Origin: Methylotenera sp.
GTDB lineage: Bacteria > Pseudomonadota > Gammaproteobacteria > Burkholderiales > Methylophilaceae
Assembly (NCBI RefSeq): GCF_029946165.1
Contig: NZ_JAQSDZ010000024.1
Coordinates: forward strand, 35,825-99,824
Reading direction: 5' to 3'
DNA: 64,000 nucleotides
Position numbers and translations under genes: made by a program. The notes beneath the pieces were generated by a model that was not told the DNA's origin, did not search any database, and worked only from the letters and a program-made list of their open reading frames with translations. This document shows, piece by piece, positions 31,030-40,517 of the stretch (its first letter is position 1; each line of letters starts with the position of its first letter).

Positions 31030-31051
31030 CAATATATATTTTTATAATATA
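31030..31051. promoter_or_regulatory. BigR-box-like AT-rich operator overlapping TATAAT
   Basis: CAATATATA-TTTT-TATAATATA between divergent arsR and the dioxygenase gene; resembles the 9-4-9 BigR box as recalled. Confidence 0.4.
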
Positions 31052-31090
31052 TCTTTAATTAAATTGTTGCAATATCTAGGAGTATTAATC

Positions 31091-31840
31091 ATGCTTTTTA
31101 AGCAATTGTTTGAGCCTTTATCAAGTACATATACTTATCTCATTGCATGCGAGGAAACACGGCAGGCAATCTTAATAGACCCTGTGATCGCTACGATAGG
31201 CAGAGATTTAGCTGAGCTAAAAGAATATGGACTAACTCTACGATACGCAATTGATACCCATATTCACGCTGACCATATTACAAGCGCTTTAGAGTTAAAG
31301 AAAAAACTCGGTAGCAAAATAGCAAATCCTATTATAGATCGCCTGCCATGCGCTGATGTATATCTAGAAGAAGGCAAACCATTAGAGGTTGGGAGTATTC
31401 AACTACATTCGCTACATACGCCTGGACATACTGCGGGGCATTTTGCCTATGTCATCAATAATCAAGTTTTTACTGGAGACTCTTTGCTAATTGATGGATG
31501 TGGTAGAACAGATTTTCAACATGGCAGCTCTGAGCAGCAATATCAGAGCATTAATCAAAAACTATTCAATTTGCCAAATGATTTTTTAGTTTATCCGGGT
31601 CATGACTATCAAAATCGTTTTGTATCGACCATTGGCCAAGAGAGAATTAGAAATCCTCGGCTCGGAGAGGGGAAAAGCCTTGAAGAATTTATTTCTATTA
31701 TGGATAAATTAAATTTACCTTATCCGAAATTTATAGATTTTGCAGTCCCAGGCAATACATTGTGTGGAGTCTGCCCAACTGATTTACCAAATAACTTAGA
31801 AGCATATTGCAGAAAGTCTTCTGAGAGTATTCAGGGATAG
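31091..31840 (+). CDS. Persulfide dioxygenase (ETHE1/Blh-like MBL fold)
   Basis: THIHADH, TPGHT, CGRTDF, YPGHDY; start set at ATG31091 (AGGAG RBS). Confidence 0.92.
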   Translation: MLFKQLFEPLSSTYTYLIACEETRQAILIDPVIATIGRDLAELKEYGLTLRYAIDTHIHADHITSALELKKKLGSKIANPIIDRLPCADVYLEEGKPLEVGSIQLHSLHTPGHTAGHFAYVINNQVFTGDSLLIDGCGRTDFQHGSSEQQYQSINQKLFNLPNDFLVYPGHDYQNRFVSTIGQERIRNPRLGEGKSLEEFISIMDKLNLPYPKFIDFAVPGNTLCGVCPTDLPNNLEAYCRKSSESIQG

Positions 31841-31886
31841 TTATTTGCCATATATAACTTATCTTATTTGGTGATTTTTAAAATTA

Positions 31887-31904
31887 GGGGCTGCCCTAGA
31901 TAAC
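31887..31904. mobile_element. Possible orphan IS1595/IS1016-type terminal inverted repeat
   Basis: GGGGCTGCCCTAGATAAC resembles IS1016-group ends as recalled; no transposase nearby. Confidence 0.3.
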
Positions 31905-31986
31905 ACATAAATTTGTGAACCCCGTGATGACGGTACACAATATCTGCTTTGGCCCTAAGTAGACTTTAGTTAGACTTAAATATAAA

Positions 31987-32001
31987 CGCAACTACGTTGC
32001 G
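31987..32001. promoter_or_regulatory. Candidate Zur box upstream of the Fur-family gene
   Basis: CGCAAC-TAC-GTTGCG perfect palindrome; same core as 32605-32659. Confidence 0.7.
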
Positions 32002-32090
32002 AAATATATCTAACTCTGTTATAAGAAGTTATAAGCTGAGATGCAATTGTCGAAATACTTATAGTTTCTTTTTATTACGTAATTACTCTT

Positions 32091-32591
32091 ATGCATACTT
32101 CAAGTCAGATATTTCAAGAAGCTGGTTTAAAACCTACTCAATCCCGTTTAGAGGTGACTGGTGTTCTTGCTCAAAGCGAATATCCAATGACACATCAGGA
32201 TATTTTAAAAGAACTACCTGAAAGCTTTGACCGTGTAACCTTGTATCGAGTTTTAGATTGGCTTCTCACAAATGGTGTTATTCATCGAATTGCTGGAGAG
32301 GACCGCACATGGCGGTTCCATATCAATAATAGTGATCTAACTAATAAGCAAACTACCAGGTATAACAGCACTCCCACTACTTCTAAGTCAAATAAGCTGA
32401 ACCAGCATTCTCACGCACACTTTCAATGTGAAAACTGCGGGAAGATGTTTTGCTTAAACGACGTGCATCCAAAGCTAACAAATGATATCCCTCCCGACTT
32501 TGTCGTTGATTCGATTGAAATCAATATCAAAGGTAAATGTGTTAACTGCGCTAAGCCACTCGAGCCACTAGTCAATCCTGATCATAGGTAA
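32091..32591 (+). CDS. Fur family regulator, probably Zur
   Basis: DRVTLYRVLDWL, HAHFQCENC, GKCVNC; adjacent to a COG0523 gene. Confidence 0.85.
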   Translation: MHTSSQIFQEAGLKPTQSRLEVTGVLAQSEYPMTHQDILKELPESFDRVTLYRVLDWLLTNGVIHRIAGEDRTWRFHINNSDLTNKQTTRYNSTPTTSKSNKLNQHSHAHFQCENCGKMFCLNDVHPKLTNDIPPDFVVDSIEINIKGKCVNCAKPLEPLVNPDHR

Positions 32592-32604
32592 AACAAGCCA
32601 CAAA

Positions 32605-32659
32605 TTGCAACTTAGTTGCAAATAGCATCCTTTGAGGTTAATATGCAACTTAGTTGCAA
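32605..32659. promoter_or_regulatory. Tandem candidate Zur boxes upstream of the COG0523 gene
   Basis: TTGCAAC-TTA-GTTGCAA (32605-32621) and TGCAAC-TTA-GTTGCA (32644-32658). Confidence 0.75.
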
Positions 32660-32680
32660 TTATTAACTTAAGGAATTCTC

Positions 32681-33958
32681 GTGAAGCACTCTGATTTACC
32701 TTCAAACTCTCAATTATCTTTGACAAGCAAGCTCCCAGTAACCGTACTATCTGGCTTTTTAGGCGCAGGTAAAACCACGCTGCTGAACCATATTCTGAAT
32801 AATCGTGAAGGCAAGCGTGTAGTCGTCATCGTAAATGATATGTCCGACGTGAATGTTGATGCCCAATTAATAAGAAATGGTGGGGCAGCACTATCTCGCC
32901 AGGAAGAAAAATTGGTAGAAATGAGTAATGGCTGCATCTGCTGCACTTTGCGGGAAGATCTGCTAATTGAAATCACCCGCCTAGCAAAAGAGAATCGTTT
33001 TGATTATTTGCTCATTGAGACGACTGGTATTTCTGAACCGCTGCCAGTAGCGGAAACTTTTACTTTTGCTGATGAAAATGGCAGTTCATTGAGCGATGTT
33101 GCAAAACTCGACACCATGGTCACTGTAGTTGATGGCTTTAACTTTCTAAAAGACTATAACTCACAGGATCTGCTTTTGGCTCGTGGCGAGTCACTTGGAG
33201 AAGACGATGAACGTACAGTTGTTGATTTAATAGTAGAGCAAATCGAATTTTGTGATGTGTTGTTATTAAATAAAACGGATCTGATGCAGGCAAATGAGAT
33301 TGCTAAACTTGAAAGCATCCTCCAAACCTTAAATCCACGCGCTCAAATTATCCATAGCCAATTTGGCAAAGTATCACTCGACCGTATCATGAACACAGGT
33401 TTATTCGATTTTGACGAAGCTTCTGAAGCGGCTGGATGGCTACAAGAGTTACGAGGCGAGCATGTACCTGAAACAGAAGAGTACGGTATTAGCAGCTTCG
33501 TATACCGCTCGCGTAAACCTTTTCACCCTGAGCGCCTATGGAAATGGTTCAACACTGAATGGTCAGGCGTTTTGCGCTCCAAAGGAAACTACTGGATAGC
33601 CACTCGACCAGAATTTTGTGCTACTTGGTCGCAAGCAGGCAGCATTAAGCGTACAGAGCTTGCTGGCCTTTGGTGGGTAGCCTCTTCTAGTGAGCATTGG
33701 CCTGAAGATGAAGAAAGCTTCAATAGCATTAAATCTCGTTGGGAAGAACCCTATGGGGACAGACAGCAAGAAATTGTCATTATTGGCATGCAAATGGATA
33801 AGGCCATGATCGAAGCAGGTTTTGATGCTTGCTTACTCACAGCTGACGAAATTGCTATTGGCATTGAAGGCTGGAGTCAATTTCCTGATCCCTTTCCAAA
33901 GTTAGATTTTCCTGACAACGAGTCTATTGAATCCGCAGCTCTCCAAGTAATTGCTTAG
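32681..33958 (+). CDS. COG0523 zinc metallochaperone GTPase (ZigA/YciC/CobW-like)
   Basis: [23 protein letters not shown], CobW_C RSKG motif. Confidence 0.95.
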   Translation: MKHSDLPSNSQLSLTSKLPVTVLSGFLGAGKTTLLNHILNNREGKRVVVIVNDMSDVNVDAQLIRNGGAALSRQEEKLVEMSNGCICCTLREDLLIEITRLAKENRFDYLLIETTGISEPLPVAETFTFADENGSSLSDVAKLDTMVTVVDGFNFLKDYNSQDLLLARGESLGEDDERTVVDLIVEQIEFCDVLLLNKTDLMQANEIAKLESILQTLNPRAQIIHSQFGKVSLDRIMNTGLFDFDEASEAAGWLQELRGEHVPETEEYGISSFVYRSRKPFHPERLWKWFNTEWSGVLRSKGNYWIATRPEFCATWSQAGSIKRTELAGLWWVASSSEHWPEDEESFNSIKSRWEEPYGDRQQEIVIIGMQMDKAMIEAGFDACLLTADEIAIGIEGWSQFPDPFPKLDFPDNESIESAALQVIA

Positions 33959-34400
33959 CTTTACCTTAAACCAAAAAATCAAAAGATATACATGCACGAT
34001 GCGACATAAAACACTTGCTAATCTCATTGCACTTATATGCTTACCAACATGCTCGGCTTACTCAAAAGAAAGTCAGCAAGGTCGGTTCCGTTGGCAATGG
34101 TACTTCGCATTTCAACTTATGGCTGATAGCAAACAGAGTATATAAATCGGAAAGTTGCATCTGAAAAATAGCTATATTATTGCCATAGCTTATGGGTTCA
34201 AAATGAGCTCCAAAAAGAATGCTGTAAGTAATATTTCAAATTTAATTCTGCATCGTGTAAAAGATACAACTTTTCTACAAAATTGCGACACTTTATTTAC
34301 CCGTATCAATTTAATGAAATCCTATTTCATTAGGTGTATTTTAGTTGGATGCCAGCATCTGAAGGCTCTGACTAAACTTCCATTGAAATGGACCGGTTAC

Positions 34401-34512
34401 GTCAATGCAGTGGCTCGACAGCTCAATGAACGACCTCGTAAAACTTTGGCCTATGAAACCCCAGTAGAGAGATTTAAAGCATGTGTTGCATCGATCGGTT
34501 GAATCCACAGCC
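34401..34512 (+). mobile_element. IS30-family remnant (transposase C-terminus and right end)
   Basis: VNAVARQLNERPRKTLAYETPVERFKACVASIG* followed by ATCCACAGCC, typical of IS30 3' ends. Confidence 0.8.
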
Positions 34513-34678
34513 TAAAGCGGACCTTGATGCAAGGTCTGCAAGTGACTATTTGCGGGGGTGTGAAACAGGCAAGGCATCTACCTTGTCAAATTACTAGTAG
34601 GTAAAATCATACATTTGCCGCGACCTACGTTAGATAGATACCCCCTAATATGTACCTAAAAATTAAAACACATCGAAG

Positions 34679-35749
34679 TTAATTTTTTACATTTTCATTT
34701 TTAGATATAAAAATAGTTTGCGTTGGATAGGCGAACTCAATGCCTTCCTTCTCAAACATTTCGTAAATTGCCATATTAATATTCTGCTGCGCATCCATGT
34801 ACTTATTGTAATCTGCGCAAGTTACATAATAGACGAATTCAAAGTTGAGGCTAAAATCCCCATAGGATGCAAAGTGCCCTCTATCAAAAATAGCATCATC
34901 CAATTTTTCAATGGTTTCTTTAACCATTTTAGGAATACTTCTTAATTTCACAGCAGGCGTTTGATAGGTTACACCTAAGTTAAAAACGACTCTTCTACGC
35001 TCCATTTTTTTAAAGTTATGTACACGAGAGTTAGTTAAATCGGTATTTGAAAGTATTAACTGCTCACCTCCAATTGCCCTTATTCTAGTGGTTTTAACGC
35101 CAATGTATTCCACTACGCCCATCTTGTCGCCAATGATGATAAAGTCACCAACCTCGAATGGTTTGTCGAAAAATATAACAAAATAGCTAAACAAGTCCCC
35201 AAGTACTGCTTGTGCTGCTAAGGCTACAGCGATACCGCCTATACCAAGGCCGGCTACTACAGCCGATATTTTTACGCCAAGGTTATCCAGAAGAAAAACT
35301 AATGCCATGGCCCAGATTATAAAATTGATTAGACTAAGAATGCCTTTGAGTTGCTTATCACCACCTCCTGAATCCGCGGTCTTATTCAAATAAGATTGAA
35401 TAATGTGATTGACGATGGATATGACAGCCCTTACCACAAGCAGCGTAATTAACGCAATTGCAATCTTTTCTAGCACTTGATTAAAACCAGAAGATAAGTC
35501 CAAAGTTTGGAGTGCTATATAAAAAACTCCAAAATAAATCAACGGTAAAAGCGACTTTTCAATTGCACTTACGAGTAAATCATCTATTACTGTAGAAGTT
35601 TCACCAGCACTCTTTTTTAACCAGCTTAAAATATATTTTTTGAATACATATATCACAGCAACTCCGCAGATGAAAACTGCGGTTGCCGATAAATAATTGG
35701 TAATTGTATTTCCGAGAAAAGAATAATGAAGTACTTCTTTCATAGGCAT
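34679..35749 (-). CDS. Small-conductance mechanosensitive channel (MscS/YnaI-like)
   Basis: GLGIGGIAVALAAQ, DKPFEVGDFI, IEFAYPTQT. Confidence 0.93.
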   Translation of the reverse strand: MPMKEVLHYSFLGNTITNYLSATAVFICGVAVIYVFKKYILSWLKKSAGETSTVIDDLLVSAIEKSLLPLIYFGVFYIALQTLDLSSGFNQVLEKIAIALITLLVVRAVISIVNHIIQSYLNKTADSGGGDKQLKGILSLINFIIWAMALVFLLDNLGVKISAVVAGLGIGGIAVALAAQAVLGDLFSYFVIFFDKPFEVGDFIIIGDKMGVVEYIGVKTTRIRAIGGEQLILSNTDLTNSRVHNFKKMERRRVVFNLGVTYQTPAVKLRSIPKMVKETIEKLDDAIFDRGHFASYGDFSLNFEFVYYVTCADYNKYMDAQQNINMAIYEMFEKEGIEFAYPTQTIFISKNENVKN

Positions 35750-35946
35750 CCTTAATGTTTATAGCTTCTGCTATGAAAGTGAGTTGGATATTAAACTGAA
35801 TATATAAAGGCATCTAAAGGGTAGTAAAAGTTTAATTTGCCTTCAGTAAATGCTGCTTTATTGATCAAGCAATTTCAGGTTGTTTGATTTGGGTAGTTTA
35901 ATGTTGTGTTGGTACCTTTGGGAGGTGCAAATTAAATAATAGGCAG

Positions 35947-35984
35947 ATAATTAATTTGTACAAATGTATTATAGCAAATACTAT
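35947..35984. promoter_or_regulatory. Repeated operator/promoter element, copy 1
   Basis: Palindrome ATTTGTACAAAT (35954-35965); 35947-35971 is the exact reverse complement of 42042-42066; TTGTAC-N17-TACTAT on + strand. Confidence 0.7.
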
Positions 35985-36047
35985 CTGACATAGTAAACAT
36001 AGAGACTCAACTAGTCTTTAGATATTAGGTAAGCTGTTGATAAAGCA

Positions 36048-37460
36048 TCAAAGGCTAGGGGATTGCTGATAAAGCAATGATTTGTGCTCTGCATTTTTTT
36101 CGGCCAAAAAATGCGCTTTGTAATGACCGATTAATACCAAAAGCACTGCTGAGTAAATAAAGGTCGAGAGCATTACCACTCCAATCACAACGGCTTTAAA
36201 CATCTCAAGATGCTCAAAAGAGTTGGGAATCATAGTCAACATGACAATAGATAGCCCCCCTTTTATTCCCGCAAAGGTCAAAACACCCCACCAACGAAAA
36301 TTAATGTTGACCATTTTTTTAGTACGGTTAGCTACCAAAGCAAACATTGCCATCATCAGGCCGCGTATTATGGTGGTGGCTAAGAACATGGTCAAAATCT
36401 CCACATGATATTTCCATAACAGGTTCATATCTATCATTTCAGCCATCGCGATAAACAATATAGTGTTGGCCACTAGTGCTAACAACTGTATATCTTCTTT
36501 GGTGCGTAAATGACGGTCGCGTTCTTCTATTGTCGATTTGACTCGCCTCAGTACACTACCCATGATGCTTGATGATGTGTCTTCCTTGACGACTTCAAGA
36601 TTTAACTCAGCTTCATCACTTTCGATTTGATCGCCAACCTTAACAACCGTTTGCGTCATGACATGATGCACCGTAATTGTGGCAAATATGCAGGCAAGTA
36701 TGCCTGAAAGGTGCGTATGTGAATGACCACCTAAAAAATTAATGAGCTTATAAAAGTGTTCTGCTAGTTCAAATGCGCCATACCCTGTAATAATGAGCAG
36801 CATCATTTCGGCGATACGATTGTCGGTCGTTTTCATTAATAACAACCCGATATATCCGACCACAATACCTACTGCCAGAGAGCCAAAGACTACTGCGAAA
36901 CTAACCTCGGTAATATAAGTGCCCGTAATTTCTCCGCCACCCAATGCATATAATCCAACAAATACAAATACGATAAGTGCTGTAGCATCATTAAACAGAC
37001 TTTCGCCTTCAGCTAGTATTTTTAAGTGATGCGGCAATTCAAATTTAGAAAATATACTGACCACAGAAACTGGATCAGTTGCTAGCACCATTGCAAACAG
37101 CACAATAACAGCCGCTAATGAGAGATGAACATCGGCAAAGATAATATTAGAAACGATCAAAGCCATTAGTACTGATAGCACCACAGCTACTATTGCAAGA
37201 TAGAACAGACTTAGCCCATGCGCTTTGAGATCAGACACTTTAAGCTCAAGAGAATCTGAAATAAGTAGAATAGGTAAAAGAAATATGACTAGGACTGCAA
37301 AATGCTCAGCATCGCCGGTAAGGATAGGTATTTGCTTAAAGGCATAGTGCGCAAAAAAAGATAGTGCAATTAAGCCAAGCGGTGATGGTACTTTAAACTT
37401 ATCTTCAAGCTGTAATGCAAAGTACAATATCCCAGCAATCATTAGTAAAGTGATAATCAT
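36048..37460 (-). CDS. CPA1 family Na+/H+ antiporter
   Basis: ATDPVSV, EGESLFNDATA, GIKGGLSIVM. Confidence 0.92.
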   Translation of the reverse strand: MIITLLMIAGILYFALQLEDKFKVPSPLGLIALSFFAHYAFKQIPILTGDAEHFAVLVIFLLPILLISDSLELKVSDLKAHGLSLFYLAIVAVVLSVLMALIVSNIIFADVHLSLAAVIVLFAMVLATDPVSVVSIFSKFELPHHLKILAEGESLFNDATALIVFVFVGLYALGGGEITGTYITEVSFAVVFGSLAVGIVVGYIGLLLMKTTDNRIAEMMLLIITGYGAFELAEHFYKLINFLGGHSHTHLSGILACIFATITVHHVMTQTVVKVGDQIESDEAELNLEVVKEDTSSSIMGSVLRRVKSTIEERDRHLRTKEDIQLLALVANTILFIAMAEMIDMNLLWKYHVEILTMFLATTIIRGLMMAMFALVANRTKKMVNINFRWWGVLTFAGIKGGLSIVMLTMIPNSFEHLEMFKAVVIGVVMLSTFIYSAVLLVLIGHYKAHFLAEKNAEHKSLLYQQSPSL

Positions 37461-37523
37461 GTGCTAGAGAAATCCTATTGATTTTTTTGATTGAGGTAAA
37501 GCAGAGTCAGTAGATTTTAAAAT

Positions 37524-38015
37524 CTAAGGTTTACCGAGTGGTTCAAATGCACTATCGTAAGATTTGCTGTCCATTCCAACAACAAGTTGAGATAAGTGTT
37601 CATTAAGCGCCTGTAATGTTAATGGGTTCAGACGCATTAATGCGTCTGGCAACACTCCTCGATAAGGCTGCGGCGCTTTGCTTAATACATCTTTTCCTAA
37701 TTGCGTTAGGGAAAGATGTACAATGCGGCGATCTTCATGGTTTCTGGCTCTTATCACATACCCATCAGTGACTAGCTTCTCCATCAAATTGCTGGCAGTG
37801 GACTGATGAATGGACATAGCCTTAGATAAACCTGATACGGTTAAATCTTTAGTTTCGGCAATTTCAGCTAATGCCCATAATGAGGCGCCACCAACACCTG
37901 TGACCTTTTCAACAATGTGAAAATGCCTATTGGTAGACTTAAATATAATCCGGAATAATTTCAGCGTCTCTAACGCAGTATGATGAATATTCGAGGATAT
38001 AGTTGGTGTGGTCAT
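37524..38015 (-). CDS. MarR family transcriptional regulator
   Basis: IHQSTASNLMEKL...EDRRIVHLSLT; start set at ATG38015. Confidence 0.92.
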   Translation of the reverse strand: MTTPTISSNIHHTALETLKLFRIIFKSTNRHFHIVEKVTGVGGASLWALAEIAETKDLTVSGLSKAMSIHQSTASNLMEKLVTDGYVIRARNHEDRRIVHLSLTQLGKDVLSKAPQPYRGVLPDALMRLNPLTLQALNEHLSQLVVGMDSKSYDSAFEPLGKP

Positions 38016-38081
38016 ATTGTTGCCGCGTCTTTTATCGTGAAATAGCAATTTTTGTAGGATTTAAAGTCATCAATCATTTTA

Positions 38082-38326
38082 TCAAGTTTGAAACCAGAAA
38101 AAAGATAATACGGGAATTATAATTGTCTCATTTAGTAAGTTAAATGTTTCCCCTGTATATAAATCTTGTACAGCAATATGCTGAAGAAATCCCGTGCGTC
38201 GCATCTGAACCAAATCTAGCACTTGCTGCATCGCGAGTAAAAATGTTGCTACTTCTGATTAATTATTTCCAGCTTAAGTGCTATCAATATGTCATTCAGT
38301 AAAGAATGCGAGACATGTTCATACAT
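38082..38326 (-). pseudogene. Internally deleted amylosucrase-like gene (N- and C-terminal stubs fused)
   Basis: ATG38326 overlaps the sps stop: MYEHVSHSLLNDILIALKLEIINQK*QHFYSR; a second frame gives LDLVQMRRTGFLQHIAVQDLYTGETFNLLNETIIIPVLSFFWFQT*; both resemble amylosucrase termini as recalled. Confidence 0.7.
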
Positions 38327-40517
38327 GATCTAAAACCTGTTTTATCTTACTAGGTAAATCAAACCCACCAAATCCATAATGATCAAGTCCCTCCAAAATG
38401 CCAGCAGCATAGTGATTCTGCGCAAAATAAATCTGTTCCAACCCACGCAAGGACTCTAACTCAGTGCTGTGATTGCCGACTACAACGGCTAATGTATCAC
38501 CAACAAGCATTTCGCTGTCATTACCTGAATCACCTGCAACTAGAAAACTTTGCAAAGGAAGTCCCCATTTGTAAGCAAGGTATCGTATAGCATGTCCTTT
38601 TGAAGCGCGTATGGGCAAAATATCCAAAAACTCATTATGGGAATAGATGAGTTGTGCATGTAGTTTTAATTTTCGTAAATGCCGATACATTTTTTCCAGA
38701 GGTGGCATCTTATCTGGCGTTGCAATATAGCTCAGCTTGAATTCTCTTTGATTTTCTTGAGCCTGCAATTCAAGCCCAGGAAAACTAGACATCGCTTTCA
38801 CTAAATCATCACGACGCCATAAATGACGAATATGGTTGGCCCAACCAATATCTGGAAAGAGTTCTGGACCATAGTTAATCTCACTACCTACGGAGGTGAT
38901 TAAAATGCTCGGTAATGGGACTCGATGCTTTTTCAGTATGCTTACCGCGCTTTCTAGCGAACGTCCAGTAGCAACACCGAAACCTAAAGTACTCGAATTC
39001 TGTCGTAGCCAATTGGTTAGCTCTTCTAACTTTTTTTTGTCTCCGATAAGCGTATTATCAATATCACTGATAAGCATCATTTTTACCAATGGTATAGGTG
39101 ATTTTCCTATGTTAAATGCCATTGCATGCTGTCTGCGCATACGCTTACGATCGCGATGGAGTAATTGACTTACTTCCTTCATATACTTAGTGACATGCGC
39201 ATCCCAACTGTAGTGACGCTTAACATTGAGAATGCCGTTTTTTGCCCAAGTTCTCCATTGCTTTTTGTTTGACAACATCTGGTTCATTGCGGCTGCTATG
39301 TCATCACTTTCCAGCGTATTCGCTAACAAGCCATTATGACAATTAGCAATAATGTCTCTAGGGCCGCCATCATCTGGGGCAATAAAGGGTAAGCCACTTG
39401 CTGCAGCCTCAATCAGTGTCAGCCCAAACGGCTCAGTCATCGCTGGATTAACAAATATGCCTTGTCGATGCGCTGCAAGCCGATAAAGCTCTGGCATATC
39501 TTCTTGAGTGACATGTTTAGGAATCGCAACTTTCCCCCAAAGGTCATATCGATCTATATCAAGCAAAAGGTCGTTCATCACCGTTTGCTGCGACTCTTCA
39601 AGGTCGCGTATATCCTCACGCACTCCAGCCAAAATGACTAAATTGGCTTTATCCTGTAATTGCTTGTTTTCGCCGTATGCCGCAACTAATCCTTTTAGAT
39701 TTTTTCGTAGCACTGGGCGTGAGATAGACAAAATCATTGGCTTGTTAGGCTGATGTAAAAAACGGTCGATTCTTGCCTCTAGAATCGGGTTTATTTTTTT
39801 TCGTCCAAGCGGTGAAAATCGTGAGGTGTCCGTTCCTGGTGGAATGACGGTGCAGCGTTGCGGTGCATGGTTCCTATACATAGCATATTGCTCGTCAATC
39901 TCTTGACGAGTGCTAGTCACCACCATCGATGCATACTGAATAATTTCTTCTTCCACGGCAATTCTATGCTCAAAATTGAATTGCCGTTCGATAGCTCCTT
40001 TCTTCCGGCCACTTGCCAGCAATCGCGATTGCTTGGGTCGACCAAGTGAATGACCCGTGTGAACTAGATGGATACCCAGTAACGTGGATAGCTGCTTTCC
40101 AACATAGCCAGCATCAGCATAATGTGAGTGAATTAAATCAGGAAGTCGGCCTTGCTGCCGAAGAAAGTGTAAACATTTATCTACCATCTGATCTAGATGT
40201 GGCCACAACAATTCCTTACGAATATATTTTTTAGGACCACAGGGCAGGCGAATAATACGTGCTCCCCCTTCAAATTTCTCTTCTGTTTGAAGATATTCAG
40301 AAGATAATAATGGTTCCTCTATGAGTCTGGTCAGCAAGTCTACTTTCCCAACCTGATGATGCTTTGCTAACGCTTTAGCCAGTTCGACTACGTAGGTTGT
40401 TTGCCCGCCCGTGTCAGCATCCCGTCCAAGCTCCATATTGTGAGATCGGATTAGACCATGCACACTGATCATGAGAATATAGATGGAGCTCGCCCTGTCA
40501 TTCGGTTGGTTTACCAT
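38319..40517 (-). CDS. sps: Bifunctional sucrose-phosphate synthase / phosphatase (GT4 + HAD)
   Basis: LGRDADTGGQTTYV, HSHYADAG, TEPFGLTLIEAAASGLP, SDIDNTL HAD motif, GDSGND; start set at ATG40517 (GGAG RBS). Confidence 0.95.
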   Translation of the reverse strand: MVNQPNDRASSIYILMISVHGLIRSHNMELGRDADTGGQTTYVVELAKALAKHHQVGKVDLLTRLIEEPLLSSEYLQTEEKFEGGARIIRLPCGPKKYIRKELLWPHLDQMVDKCLHFLRQQGRLPDLIHSHYADAGYVGKQLSTLLGIHLVHTGHSLGRPKQSRLLASGRKKGAIERQFNFEHRIAVEEEIIQYASMVVTSTRQEIDEQYAMYRNHAPQRCTVIPPGTDTSRFSPLGRKKINPILEARIDRFLHQPNKPMILSISRPVLRKNLKGLVAAYGENKQLQDKANLVILAGVREDIRDLEESQQTVMNDLLLDIDRYDLWGKVAIPKHVTQEDMPELYRLAAHRQGIFVNPAMTEPFGLTLIEAAASGLPFIAPDDGGPRDIIANCHNGLLANTLESDDIAAAMNQMLSNKKQWRTWAKNGILNVKRHYSWDAHVTKYMKEVSQLLHRDRKRMRRQHAMAFNIGKSPIPLVKMMLISDIDNTLIGDKKKLEELTNWLRQNSSTLGFGVATGRSLESAVSILKKHRVPLPSILITSVGSEINYGPELFPDIGWANHIRHLWRRDDLVKAMSSFPGLELQAQENQREFKLSYIATPDKMPPLEKMYRHLRKLKLHAQLIYSHNEFLDILPIRASKGHAIRYLAYKWGLPLQSFLVAGDSGNDSEMLVGDTLAVVVGNHSTELESLRGLEQIYFAQNHYAAGILEGLDHYGFGGFDLPSKIKQVLDHV

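Noticed and set aside
34155-34400. 115-aa ORF 34155..34502 as a real protein
   Set aside because: Only the last ~35 codons are IS30-like; the rest appears to be an accidental in-frame fusion to non-coding DNA.
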